A stretch of DNA of 61,564 nt, the filler included. It is 6 parts of 6 records of this genome, joined end to end, with 100 filler letters (N's around TTAATTAATTAA, not from the genome) between each part and the next. Parts side by side here need not be neighbours in the genome. Positions count along the whole stretch, not along the records: positions 18,348 to 28,184 come from SRR22947725_4005; positions 28,285 to 42,782 come from SRR22947725_4011; 4 more parts are not named here. The stretch is one strand, 5' to 3'. Within the stretch, counting starts at the first letter, position 1. Each line of letters opens with the position of its first letter. The translations under genes and the position numbers were made by a program. A model generated the notes under the pieces. That model had not been told where the DNA came from, did no database searches, and saw only the letters and a list, made by a program, of their open reading frames with translations. This document shows, one piece after another, positions 20,420 to 30,287 of this stretch.

Positions 20420-20856
20420 GACGAAATATTATCAAGTATTGCCTTAGGTGTTCGGAGCATTATCACTACCCATTTATAAATAGGAATAGATCCCAATTGA
20501 GCATTTCTTTTCAATCTCTTCTTTCTTTCGTTTTTAACTTCTATAGGATCATTGCTATTATTAATTTTTCTTTTCTTTAACACAGGTATTATCATTGCGC
20601 TAATCCACCAAGGAACAGGGCTATTTTGTGCCCAAGTCAATCCGAAGCCTAACGCAGTCATTAATGCCTGATTGGTTAATGTGCGATAATCTTCTTTAGC
20701 CAGAATACGTTCTAGTTCTTTATTTTGATCTACTACTTGTTTATCAAAAATTTCTTTTACAGCACTGTCATGATCTTTAATTATTTTATCATAAGTACCA
20801 TCTTGTCCAAACATTGGTGATAACAATAAGAATAGGATTATAAATCTCATTAGCAA
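20416..20856 (-). CDS. hypothetical exported or membrane protein
   Basis: Signal-like N-terminus; 4-nt overlap with yjjX. Confidence 0.6.
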   Translation of the reverse strand: MLMRFIILFLLLSPMFGQDGTYDKIIKDHDSAVKEIFDKQVVDQNKELERILAKEDYRTLTNQALMTALGFGLTWAQNSPVPWWISAMIIPVLKKRKINNSNDPIEVKNERKKRLKRNAQLGSIPIYKWVVIMLRTPKAILDNISS

Positions 20857-20884
20857 AACTTAGTGACGTTTTTCTAAAATTTCT

Positions 20885-21394
20885 TTAAATCTTTTTTGAA
20901 AACCAATTATGAACTCCAAAATGATTTTTAGGAACTGGCATTTCATTATTAATATACCAATCCAAACCTTTCAATACTGAATCTAGATATGACCGAAACC
21001 TAGGTTTAGCAAATAATAGAAAAGGTATTGTTTGAATCCATTTATTTCCTTGATTTATAAACCATGGTTGAACTTCTATTGATAGTATTGAAGATTGCTG
21101 ATTTTTTCCTGCTAAAATTCTCCAGGACACATATGATTTTTTCTTCTTCTTTTCCCCTATTAATAAATCATAACCTTCTTCTGGAATCCAATTAACCCAA
21201 TGTCGCTCGAGTATCCAACCATTTAAATAGTAGATTGTATCTTTGTGACTATTATCATTCCATTCAATGGTAGGATTTTTTAAGCAAAATGGGTGGAATA
21301 GTTCTAAGTTTGATTTTTTTGATATAATACTCCAAACCTTTTCTGGATTTGCATTTAGCTCTATTTGTCTTTTAATTGATCTATTATAGTTCAT
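20885..21394 (-). CDS. SRPBCC/START-like domain protein
   Basis: IELNANPEKVWSII..FHPF pattern. Confidence 0.6.
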   Translation of the reverse strand: MNYNRSIKRQIELNANPEKVWSIISKKSNLELFHPFCLKNPTIEWNDNSHKDTIYYLNGWILERHWVNWIPEEGYDLLIGEKKKKKSYVSWRILAGKNQQSSILSIEVQPWFINQGNKWIQTIPFLLFAKPRFRSYLDSVLKGLDWYINNEMPVPKNHFGVHNWFSKKI

Positions 21395-21398
21395 TTTT

Positions 21399-22673
21399 TT
21401 ATATTTTTACTGAAAGAAAATCACTCCACTTTGTAGTATAATTTGGGGATAACTTCTCTCTTTTTATTGACCATGAATTACCTCTGCCTTGCACTGCATA
21501 ACGAATAGTATCAGGGCCAAAAGTTTTGTTTATAACATCTATAGATTCACTAATCTTTTCGTCATTCAACCTTCTTTTATAAAAGATAGATTCTTGTACT
21601 TGATCCTTATGAACAAGATCAGTTAAAACAATACCACACTTCTTATAATCAAATCCTTTTTTGAAGATTTTATCCAACCCTTCGATGCAAGCATGAATAA
21701 TTCCGCTTGTATCATTCAATGCCATCGGAAGAGACACATTAACATATCTACGGTATTGTGGAAGGTCTGATCTAAATCTATTAGTTGATAAATAAACTCC
21801 TATAGAATTAACAAAACTATTCTGAGCTCTTAATTTTTCAGATGCCCTAGAAGCATGTGATGAAATTGCACTTCTTATTGTTTTAAAATCAGAAATATTC
21901 CTATTAAAAGACCTTGAAGTAGATATACTTTTCTTCGTTATGAAATCGCTGTCTATTTCGATTTTTTTTATACCATTCAATTCATCTACAGTATGCCTAC
22001 TTATGATTGACATGTGCTTTTGTATCCATTTCGGGTTTGCATCCTTCAAATCATATGCATTATAGATTCCATTTATTTTCAAAAATCTATTTTTTCTTCT
22101 TCCTATTCCCCATATATCTTGCACTTTTACAGTCTTTAGTAAGTCAATATTTTGATCATCTATCAAACACACGCTATCATTAATAAACTTTTTCTTAGAC
22201 AGGTGGTTAGCAACTTTTGCTAATGTTTTTGTTTTTCCTATACCTACAGACACTGGAATACCTGTCCATTGATATATTTTTTCTATTAATTCTAAACAAT
22301 ATTTTTTTGGATTTCTATATCTGGAATTTATTGAAATAAACGCTTCGTCAATCGAATATATTTCTGCATCTGGATTATCATCTTTGATGATACGCATAAT
22401 TCTATTTGATATATCACCATATAATGCAAAGTTTGAAGAATAAACATTGATGTTATGCATTTCTACTAGGTGATTGATTAAGAAAATAGGGGTACCCATC
22501 TTAACACCTAAATCTTTTACCTCTTGAGATCTTGCAATCACACATCCATCATTATTTGATAAGACTACGGTAGGTTTTTCTTTAATCTTTGGGTTAAAAA
22601 TTCGCTCGCAAGATACATAAAAATTATTGCAGTCAATAATTGCTATATAGTTATCCTGTCTTATGGATGACAT
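21399..22673 (-). CDS. umuC: Y-family DNA polymerase V subunit
   Basis: DCNNFYVSCE, VLSNNDGC, YSIDEAF, WGIG, C-terminal LSPNYTTKW. Confidence 0.93.
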   Translation of the reverse strand: MSSIRQDNYIAIIDCNNFYVSCERIFNPKIKEKPTVVLSNNDGCVIARSQEVKDLGVKMGTPIFLINHLVEMHNINVYSSNFALYGDISNRIMRIIKDDNPDAEIYSIDEAFISINSRYRNPKKYCLELIEKIYQWTGIPVSVGIGKTKTLAKVANHLSKKKFINDSVCLIDDQNIDLLKTVKVQDIWGIGRRKNRFLKINGIYNAYDLKDANPKWIQKHMSIISRHTVDELNGIKKIEIDSDFITKKSISTSRSFNRNISDFKTIRSAISSHASRASEKLRAQNSFVNSIGVYLSTNRFRSDLPQYRRYVNVSLPMALNDTSGIIHACIEGLDKIFKKGFDYKKCGIVLTDLVHKDQVQESIFYKRRLNDEKISESIDVINKTFGPDTIRYAVQGRGNSWSIKREKLSPNYTTKWSDFLSVKI

Positions 22674-23100
22674 ACGTGACTACTCCCCATACCAAGAAAT
22701 CCATCTCTTCAGTAATTTCTATTCTTTTATATTCTTTATTTGCCGCAACTAAATATAGCTTATTGTTTGTTTTACTAATTTTCTTTACTGTGAATTCACC
22801 ATTTAAAACACCAATAACAATATCATTATTGCTCGGACTTTTTGATCTATCTACTACTAATAAATCTTTATCGTTAATTCCAGCATCTACCATGGAATTA
22901 CCAGTAACTCTGATATAGAAAGTAGCAGCACTATTTTCAACTAAATATTCATTCAAATCAATTGGTAAGTCCATATAATCATCTGCCGGAGATGGAAACC
23001 CAGCAGAAATCATAGTATCAATAAATGGAATGTGAGCATTAGAATCAGTATTAATGCTATAGAATTCGAGAGTATTGGTTGTCTTAATTTTTTTGATCAT
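22651..23100 (-). CDS. umuD: UmuD-like S24 autopeptidase
   Basis: AGFPSPA cleavage site, GNSM catalytic Ser, FTVK catalytic Lys, WGVV. Confidence 0.93.
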   Translation of the reverse strand: MIKKIKTTNTLEFYSINTDSNAHIPFIDTMISAGFPSPADDYMDLPIDLNEYLVENSAATFYIRVTGNSMVDAGINDKDLLVVDRSKSPSNNDIVIGVLNGEFTVKKISKTNNKLYLVAANKEYKRIEITEEMDFLVWGVVTYVIHKTG

Positions 23101-23169
23101 ATCGGATGATGCAATATAAAAATTACTTCAAATTATTGCTATTAGAATTAACAATATTTTATAAAAAAT

Positions 23170-23202
23170 GCGAGTAGGGCAGGATTTAAATCTGTAAAAA
23201 TT
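23170..23202. repeat. degenerate direct repeat of the tRNA-Ser(GGA) 3' end (att-like remnant)
   Basis: GCGAGTAGGGCAGGATTTAAATCTGTAAAAATT vs 28115-28147 GCGGAGAGGACAGGATTCGAACCTGCGAAAGCT: 22/33 identical ungapped; 10 of 11 differences are transitions. Confidence 0.6.
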
Positions 23203-23219
23203 CTACTATAGTTTATTCT

Positions 23220-26200
23220 TTAATTGTTAATAAAGATCATTTTTCTAGTTTTGTTATACTGCTTAGATTTTAATTGATAGAAATAAATGCCACTTGAAAC
23301 TTTTTTATCTTCATCATTTTTACCGTCCCAAACAAATATATGTTGTCCAGAATCTTTTAGACCTTCATTTAAAGTTTTGATAGCTCTACCTCTTAAGTCA
23401 TATATTGTGATCTTAACATCGCTCTCCTCTGCTAAATCATATTGAATAGATGTCTCTACACTAAATGGATTTGGATAATTCTGATAAAGAAAATTATTCT
23501 CTGGTAAGGACAGTATAACCTTATTACTAGAATTTGTTCCATCAGTTTTAAATGATTGAACTAAAACTTCGCCGGGAAATAACCCATCTATAACTTCAAT
23601 AACTATCAAACCATCCGTTTTAGAAAGATTTCCGAAAGAGATTTGATAAAAATCATAATCATCTTGAAGTATTATCATATTTCCTAAATCATTATGAATT
23701 TTATACTTTGTATCAACATTAGATTTATCTAATTGAATACGACCGCTACTAATATCATTCGGAACTATAATAGAAATTCTATTTTCGTTTTGAATAAACT
23801 CTAGGTTATGTTCATATATTGAATTGGTGTTAGGATTAATACGATCTATCACTTTACTAGATGAACTCCATAACCAATTTCTTGTAAATACATTCATATC
23901 AAAGACATCGCTTTTATTATCAAGAGCAGGGATCATGTATGGAGCTGCTCCAGATGCTGGACCTATATCAACTCCTGGCCAAGCGTTCACAAAAGCGTTT
24001 AAATCATTAATATCTAGATCCCAGTCATTATCAGAATCACCGAGAAGTTGTTTGTATGTGGTGAATGAATTTGTGACAGTTTCATTATTAACTCCACTTG
24101 CATTTTCAGCTTTCAAACTGACAAAGAAATTAGTATGGTCGGTTAGTAAAGTATTCAAAGTGAGATTAATGTTGTTTAAACTAACCTCAGTCCAATCTAG
24201 TACATTAGTATTATTTGATTCAGAATCTCCAACAGCCATAAAATATTTTGTAGGAACAAAACTAGCGCAATTAAAATATGGGGTTATGGATATATCAGTT
24301 AAACTTTTTGAATAATTATCATTATCTAAATTATTAATAGTAAAAGATGCTTGTCCATTTCCAGAATCTCCACAATAATTTCCAAAATCATATTCATAAA
24401 TTAACACTCCTCTACCATCAGTGACATGAATAAATTCTAACGAATTATCGCCATTTAAATCCTCCGTATCATAAGCATTGTAATGCGGAAAGTTATTTGT
24501 AAAAGATTTAAATACACCTAAATCAATTACTTTAAACTTTCCAAGATGTGGATAAAATTTAAAAAATTGAAATCCTCTAGAGTCATTCCAATCGCCTCTA
24601 TAAGCATTGTCAGGGTAATCTTCATAAGGCTCTAATCTGAATGAAGGGACTAAGTCTAAATGACCATCTAAATCGATATCTTGTAAACGCAAAAATGCTG
24701 ATTGAGCATAGAAATTCATTTGATCTTCATTATTGATAAAAAATGAGGAGGTTATATCATTCACATAACCCTGAGATTCATCTACTATTTCATAAATTTT
24801 TACTTGATTAGGAATTTCATTATCAGCTACTCCTTGATTATTTTCTCCGTAGCCACCAGTATAATAAGCTATAATTTCTTCTGAACCATCGCCATTTATA
24901 TCCTTAACATAAACATTTCTCACCATTAATTTAGGATGAACCTTGTCCAGTACAATTATATCACTAAGATCTACCTCAAAATCTCCTGCAGGTGCACCTT
25001 TAATTAGTGCTAAGTTATAATCATAGCTTCCTGTAGATGGTAACGTCTTTAATCCAAGCACGACATCGCCTAATCCATCTCCGGTAACATCGTGCACTAC
25101 AAGATGTCCTTGAGCAGAATCAAATTGGGTTTCTTTATAAGTTGATTCAAAATTTCCATTACCATCATTTTTAAGTATCATAAACCACCTACCTGTTGAT
25201 GAAGCAGATGAATAGCTAGTACTTATAATGTCATTATCTCCATCTCCGTCAATATCACCAACACCACTCGCATACATTGAAAGGAAAAATGAACCATCAG
25301 AAGAATTTGGTGTTGCTCCATTTGTAATTTTACTGTATTGATCTACAAGACCAGTACTATCGTAGGAAAAATATCTGAGCTTTTTTTGACTATCATCATT
25401 ATAGTCTTGATTAAATACTAAGCTTCTTGAAGCCATCCACTTCTTAATATAATTCCAATGTGGATGATGTGGTGGCCAATTTGTATGATAATGCTCTCCA
25501 AAATTTAATATCTCATCAATTCCATCGCCGTTTAGATCAGCTTCAACAGCCATATTTGGAGAATGAATAATTGTTTTATTTTCAAAATTGTTGTATCGAG
25601 CGTTAAAATTCAAACTACCATCATTTACCATATAAACCGGATTTGAAACTTGATGAATATTAAAATTTCTTCCAAAATAATTTGCTCTATAATCGCCAAA
25701 AATAATGTCTTTAAATCCATCTCCATTTATATCGCCATAAAATGCCTGATTTTCTCCAAATCCAGGTGCTCTCCACATTGTATTCCTATCTCCAAATTGC
25801 GCTTCTGTATTTGAATCATAAAAAGGATTGGTAAACTTATTTTCTGTCAAACCAGTTCTAACTTGGGTTGTTGTTCGGGGAGATTGGGTTGGTTCGCGAT
25901 TTTCTTCAATATAAATTCTTAATTGAAGCGTATCAATTGTTTCTACAGTTGTAGCAGATTTGTGGGAAACATTCATTTCATAATCATATAAGTATTTAGT
26001 ACTAAAGCTTATAAGTGATACATCACTAGCAGATACTTCTAAAGAAGACACGTTGGTCGATATATGACCATTTGGATCATCGCTAGTTCTAAATTCAACA
26101 GACGTAATTGTTCGATCTTCATTATAAATCTCTTTTAATGAGGCATTAATTTCAGCAGTTAGTGAAACAACATCTGAAGCGTAAGATTCAGATAAAGAAA

Positions 26201-26381
26201 CTCTTATTGTTGATGGGTCAGACCAATCTCCAATTCCATCACTATCTACGTCTTCTTGAAAAGGATTCCAGTATAGAGGGGAATTGTCTACATCATCTGT
26301 AAATCCATCATTATCAGTATCGGTCTGAGCAAATACTAAATTCAAAGATAATATTAATAGTAAAATTATTTTTCTATTCAT
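23220..26381 (-). CDS. secreted FG-GAP/VCBS beta-propeller protein with TSP3 repeats, a dockerin-like module and a C-terminal FlgD-Ig/T9SS-type sorting domain
   Basis: Signal peptide; DTDNDG..DVDSDGIGD; seven D-x-[ND/T]-[GL]-D-[GN] repeats; GDSDNDWDLDIND..DNKSDVFD; QNYPNPF..IYDLRG..WDG..SSGIYFY. Confidence 0.85.
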   Translation of the reverse strand: MNRKIILLLILSLNLVFAQTDTDNDGFTDDVDNSPLYWNPFQEDVDSDGIGDWSDPSTIRVSLSESYASDVVSLTAEINASLKEIYNEDRTITSVEFRTSDDPNGHISTNVSSLEVSASDVSLISFSTKYLYDYEMNVSHKSATTVETIDTLQLRIYIEENREPTQSPRTTTQVRTGLTENKFTNPFYDSNTEAQFGDRNTMWRAPGFGENQAFYGDINGDGFKDIIFGDYRANYFGRNFNIHQVSNPVYMVNDGSLNFNARYNNFENKTIIHSPNMAVEADLNGDGIDEILNFGEHYHTNWPPHHPHWNYIKKWMASRSLVFNQDYNDDSQKKLRYFSYDSTGLVDQYSKITNGATPNSSDGSFFLSMYASGVGDIDGDGDNDIISTSYSSASSTGRWFMILKNDGNGNFESTYKETQFDSAQGHLVVHDVTGDGLGDVVLGLKTLPSTGSYDYNLALIKGAPAGDFEVDLSDIIVLDKVHPKLMVRNVYVKDINGDGSEEIIAYYTGGYGENNQGVADNEIPNQVKIYEIVDESQGYVNDITSSFFINNEDQMNFYAQSAFLRLQDIDLDGHLDLVPSFRLEPYEDYPDNAYRGDWNDSRGFQFFKFYPHLGKFKVIDLGVFKSFTNNFPHYNAYDTEDLNGDNSLEFIHVTDGRGVLIYEYDFGNYCGDSGNGQASFTINNLDNDNYSKSLTDISITPYFNCASFVPTKYFMAVGDSESNNTNVLDWTEVSLNNINLTLNTLLTDHTNFFVSLKAENASGVNNETVTNSFTTYKQLLGDSDNDWDLDINDLNAFVNAWPGVDIGPASGAAPYMIPALDNKSDVFDMNVFTRNWLWSSSSKVIDRINPNTNSIYEHNLEFIQNENRISIIVPNDISSGRIQLDKSNVDTKYKIHNDLGNMIILQDDYDFYQISFGNLSKTDGLIVIEVIDGLFPGEVLVQSFKTDGTNSSNKVILSLPENNFLYQNYPNPFSVETSIQYDLAEESDVKITIYDLRGRAIKTLNEGLKDSGQHIFVWDGKNDEDKKVSSGIYFYQLKSKQYNKTRKMIFINN

Positions 26382-27996
26382 TTATAAAATATCCATTTAC
26401 TGTTTGTTGTGTTGTTATTTGATTACCATTAATATCAAGCATAATCTGTTCAGTAATATCATCAAAAGACAAAGTAGAAATAATATCATCTTGAGTGGAT
26501 GAATCAATTGTAAAATTAAGTATTGCTAATACTCCATCACCTGTTGCACTTGGTTTATTACTAGAAAGCGATGAAGTAGATATTTTTAAGCTATTAGTAC
26601 TATTTGAACTGTCTTCTATTACTTCTGAAATAAATATTGGCGCAGTATCTCCCTGCAAAAAATCTCCAGCAACAGCACTATTAAGAGTCAAATCGCTTGA
26701 AGAATAATTTAACAACACTTGTGCTGAGGTAAGATCTGAAACTCCTAAAACTTTAAGTTGAACAGTAACATTTTTCCCTACGGATGTATAGCTGTACTTT
26801 GAATCAATAACTATAGCTGGTAAAGAAACATTTTCAACAATAATGTAATCTTCAAAGACTTGTGAAGTAGATCCTAAATCACTATCTAACGTTATAGTAA
26901 TGTCATATACTCCATTATTAGTATAAATGTATGCAGGACTATCTTCAGTACTAGTAGAACCATCACCAAAATCCCACAATACGGATGTATAATCTGAAGA
27001 ATTATTTGTAAATACTACCCTTAAATCTCTTGAACCTGAAGTAGGTGTAGCTGTAAAAGAAATAGTTGGATTAACATCGGTAACAGTGATTGTTCCAGAA
27101 GCAGTATCACTATTTAAATTCCCATCATTAGCTTTATATGTAAATGTATCCGTACCATCATAATTAGCATTTGGAGTATAAGTAACTACAGATCCAGATA
27201 AAGATGTTGAGCCATTTGAAACATCACTAACAATACTAAAGGTTAATTCATCTCCTTCGACATCTGTTCCTTGTAAATTAATTTCTACTGACTCAGTGTT
27301 GAAGCTTTGAAGACTGTTAGTTGATGCAGTAACACTACTTACTTCTGGAGCATCATTTACAGAAACAACTGTAATAGTAGCTGTTGCTGAATTTAAAATT
27401 TTTCTAGCACTGGAATCTTCAACTTGAAAACTAAAAGTATCTGTTCCGTTCCAATTTTGATTTGGGGTATAAGTTGCAATACTTTCTGAAAAAGCAACCG
27501 ACCCATTTGAAGGATTATCAATTATACTAAAAACTACATTATCACCATCGACCTCAACTAGGTTTAGATTAATATTGATTGCTTCATCTTCATTTGTTGA
27601 GACTGAAATATCAGAAGTTTGTGGTTGGTCATCTATCGGAATAACAGTAGCAACAATTGAACCAATATTACTGTTTCCTTCAGAATTAGTAGCAAAATAT
27701 GCAAATGTATCAATTCCATAAAAATTTGTATTTGGAGTATAAACTGCTGAATTACCACTAATTTCAATTTCACCATTCTGAGGTTGTGATGATAAAGAAT
27801 AACTTAAAGATAGTGACAGGGGATCATTTCCTAAAAATGAAAAAGTTTCTGAAGAATCTTCTTCAACTGAAAAAGCTATATTTTGAACAGAGGGAAGCTG
27901 TAATGCAGGCTCTGTTGGACTACCACCACCTCCACCTCCACAATGCAAGAAAAATACTGTGCTAATTGATAGGATGATTATCTTAAAATTTTTCAT
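26374..27996 (-). CDS. lipoprotein with 3 cadherin-like/Big_9 Ig repeats, a PKD domain and a C-terminal cohesin-like domain
   Basis: Lipobox FLH-C followed by Gly6; three YTPN.N..G.DTF repeats; WDFGDG; VGKNVTVQL..DLTSAQVLLNY..GDFL..GDGVLAILNF. Confidence 0.85.
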   Translation of the reverse strand: MKNFKIIILSISTVFFLHCGGGGGGSPTEPALQLPSVQNIAFSVEEDSSETFSFLGNDPLSLSLSYSLSSQPQNGEIEISGNSAVYTPNTNFYGIDTFAYFATNSEGNSNIGSIVATVIPIDDQPQTSDISVSTNEDEAININLNLVEVDGDNVVFSIIDNPSNGSVAFSESIATYTPNQNWNGTDTFSFQVEDSSARKILNSATATITVVSVNDAPEVSSVTASTNSLQSFNTESVEINLQGTDVEGDELTFSIVSDVSNGSTSLSGSVVTYTPNANYDGTDTFTYKANDGNLNSDTASGTITVTDVNPTISFTATPTSGSRDLRVVFTNNSSDYTSVLWDFGDGSTSTEDSPAYIYTNNGVYDITITLDSDLGSTSQVFEDYIIVENVSLPAIVIDSKYSYTSVGKNVTVQLKVLGVSDLTSAQVLLNYSSSDLTLNSAVAGDFLQGDTAPIFISEVIEDSSNSTNSLKISTSSLSSNKPSATGDGVLAILNFTIDSSTQDDIISTLSFDDITEQIMLDINGNQITTQQTVNGYFINE

Positions 27997-28115
27997 TTTT
28001 ATATTATTAATTGAATTTCCATAACTTCATAATTTTAAAATTAACTTACAATATATAAAGCAATGAGAAATTTTGATGAAGTAATTATTTTAGAAAAGTC
28101 TATAATTAAATTGAG

Positions 28116-28184
28116 CGGAGAGGACAGGATTCGAACCTGCGAAAGCTATTAACCTTACACGCTTTCCAAGCGTGCGCCTTAAAC
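28116..28184 (-). tRNA. tRNA-Ser(GGA), 5' truncated, CCA not encoded
   Basis: Minus strand: CACGC-TTGGAAA-GCGTG anticodon arm, long variable arm, GCAGG-TTCGAAT-CCTGT T arm, CCTCTCCG acceptor end. Confidence 0.92.
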
Positions 28185-28284
28185 NNNNNNNNNNNNNNNN
28201 NNNNNNNNNNNNNNNNNNNNNNNNNNNNTTAATTAATTAANNNNNNNNNNNNNNNNNNNNNNNNNNNNNNNNNNNNNNNNNNNN
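28185..28284. other. artificial contig linker
   Basis: N-run with TTAATTAATTAA. Confidence 0.98.
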
Positions 28285-28285
28285 T

Positions 28286-28522
28286 GAGGGTTTAAATGAA
28301 ATTTTTACAGAAGCAGGCTTTGAGTGGAGAGAGCCAGGTTGTTCAATGTGCCTTGCTATGAACGAAGACAAACTGCAGCCTGGGGAACGGTGTGCTAGTA
28401 CTTCAAATAGAAATTTTGAGGGTAGACAAGGCAAAGGTGGAAGGACACACCTGGTAAGTCCTGAAATAGCAGCAGCCTCTGCTATAACAGGAAAATTAAC
28501 TGATTTTAATGAAATTATCTAA
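28286..28522 (+). CDS. leuC: 3-isopropylmalate dehydratase large subunit, C-terminal fragment
   Basis: Manual translation: [37 protein letters not shown]. Confidence 0.95.
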   Translation, partial: EGLNEIFTEAGFEWREPGCSMCLAMNEDKLQPGERCASTSNRNFEGRQGKGGRTHLVSPEIAAASAITGKLTDFNEII

Positions 28523-28542
28523 TTCTTTAAGAAGGATAGGCT

Positions 28543-29148
28543 ATGGAAAAATTTAATAATCTTAAGGGTGTAGCTGCCCCATTTAATTTTATGAATGTAG
28601 ATACAGACAAAATAATACCTAAACAATTTTTAAAAACTATCAAAAGAACAGGCCTCGGCAAGCATCTTTTTGATGAGATGAGATTTAATGATGATGGCTC
28701 AGAAAAAAAAGACTTTATCCTGAATCAGGATCCTTACAGATCTAGTAATATAATTGTCGCAGGTGATAATTTTGGCTGTGGTTCAAGCCGTGAGCATGCC
28801 CCTTGGGCTTTGTCAGACTTTGGTATTAAGTGTATTATTTCTACTTCCTTTGCTGATATTTTCTATAATAATTCTTTTAAAAATGGTCTCTTGCCTATAA
28901 AAGTTTCAGTTGAAGATAGAGAAGCTTTGATGGCTGATGCAAAAGATAGAGAAAACCCTGAGCTTGAAATAGACCTCCCGTCACAAGAAATTAGAAGGCC
29001 TAATGGATCAATAATTAAGTTCGAAATTGACCCATTTAGGAAAAAGTGTCTTTTAGATGGTTTGGACGATATAGGTTTAACAATGCAAAAAGCCGAAGAA
29101 ATTAAAGTTTTTGAGACAAATATGTCATCCCAAAGACCATGGTTATAA
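28543..29148 (+). CDS. leuD: 3-isopropylmalate dehydratase small subunit
   Basis: [26 protein letters not shown]. Confidence 0.97.
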   Translation: MEKFNNLKGVAAPFNFMNVDTDKIIPKQFLKTIKRTGLGKHLFDEMRFNDDGSEKKDFILNQDPYRSSNIIVAGDNFGCGSSREHAPWALSDFGIKCIISTSFADIFYNNSFKNGLLPIKVSVEDREALMADAKDRENPELEIDLPSQEIRRPNGSIIKFEIDPFRKKCLLDGLDDIGLTMQKAEEIKVFETNMSSQRPWL

Positions 29149-29171
29149 AAGTTAAAAACTAAGGATATTTC

Positions 29172-30287
29172 ATGTTATCAAACAAAACATTAATGGTCTT
29201 GCCAGGAGATGGTGTGGGTCCTGAAGTTGTTAAGGAAACTCTTCGTGTTGTTGACTGGTTAGCAAAAAACAAAAGTGTTACTTTTAATATTAAAGAAGGT
29301 TTAGTTGGTGGAGCCTCTTATGACAAATATGGCACACCTCTTTCTGACGAGACACTTGCAGATTCTATAAATGCAGACGCAATATTATTTGGAGCTGTTG
29401 GGGGGCCAAAATATGACGGTGTTGAGTTTGAGAAAAGGCCAGAAAATGGTTTACTAAAATTAAGAAAAGAAATGGACTTGTTTGCAAATTTAAGACCTGC
29501 CATGGTTTTCCCTGCTCTTGTTGATGCATCATCATTAAAACCTAATATAATTTCTGGCTTAGATATCTTAATTGTAAGAGAGCTAACAGGTGGTATCTAC
29601 TTCGCTGAGCCTAGAGGTATAGAGCAAGTTAATAAAGATACCAAAAAAGGTTATGACACCAATCTATATACTACTCCAGAGATAGAAAGAATTGGAAGAG
29701 TTGCATTTGATTTAGCTAGGGCTAGAAAAGGAAAGGTAACATCAGTTGAAAAAGCTAATGTGATGATGTCAGGTGTTTTGTGGCGTGAGGTAATGACTAA
29801 TCTTTTTGATAAAGAAGGTAAAGAAATAGAGATGTCACACATGTATGCTGATAACTGTGCAATGCAACTCGTCAGAGATCCTAAACAGTTTGATGTTATT
29901 GTAACTGATAATTTGTTTGGTGATATATTATCCGATTGTGCAGCAATGTTAACAGGATCGCTCGGAATGCTCCCGTCAGCTAGTTTAGGAGCTGTTGATA
30001 AAAATACAGGTAAAAGATTTGCAATGTATGAACCTGTTCATGGTTCAGCTCCAGATATTGCTGGGAAGGGTTTGGCAAACCCATTAGCTGAGTTGTTAAG
30101 TTTTTCAATGATGCTCCGTTATTCTTTTGATATGAAAGAAGAAGCTGACCTAATCGATGAAGCTGTATCCAAGGCTTTAGATGCTGGACCAAGAACACCT
30201 GATATATTTGCTCCAGGTAGAGAGAAGACAGGAACAAAAGGAATGATGGATTTAGTTATAAGAAAGTTAGAGGAATTATCTAAATAG
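29172..30287 (+). CDS. leuB: 3-isopropylmalate dehydrogenase
   Basis: LPGDGVGPE, RELTGGIYF, NLFGDILSD, EPVHGSAPDIAG. Confidence 0.97.
   Translation: MLSNKTLMVLPGDGVGPEVVKETLRVVDWLAKNKSVTFNIKEGLVGGASYDKYGTPLSDETLADSINADAILFGAVGGPKYDGVEFEKRPENGLLKLRKEMDLFANLRPAMVFPALVDASSLKPNIISGLDILIVRELTGGIYFAEPRGIEQVNKDTKKGYDTNLYTTPEIERIGRVAFDLARARKGKVTSVEKANVMMSGVLWREVMTNLFDKEGKEIEMSHMYADNCAMQLVRDPKQFDVIVTDNLFGDILSDCAAMLTGSLGMLPSASLGAVDKNTGKRFAMYEPVHGSAPDIAGKGLANPLAELLSFSMMLRYSFDMKEEADLIDEAVSKALDAGPRTPDIFAPGREKTGTKGMMDLVIRKLEELSK

Noticed and set aside
21399-28184. Prophage, ICE or diversity-generating retroelement around the surface proteins
   Set aside because: No integrase, phage, conjugation or reverse transcriptase gene, and no template/variable repeat pair seen.
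28237-28434. Minus-strand ORF running into Ns, and the many short antisense or overlapping ORFs in the track
   Set aside because: These are shadows of well-supported genes on the other strand or frame (here leuC).
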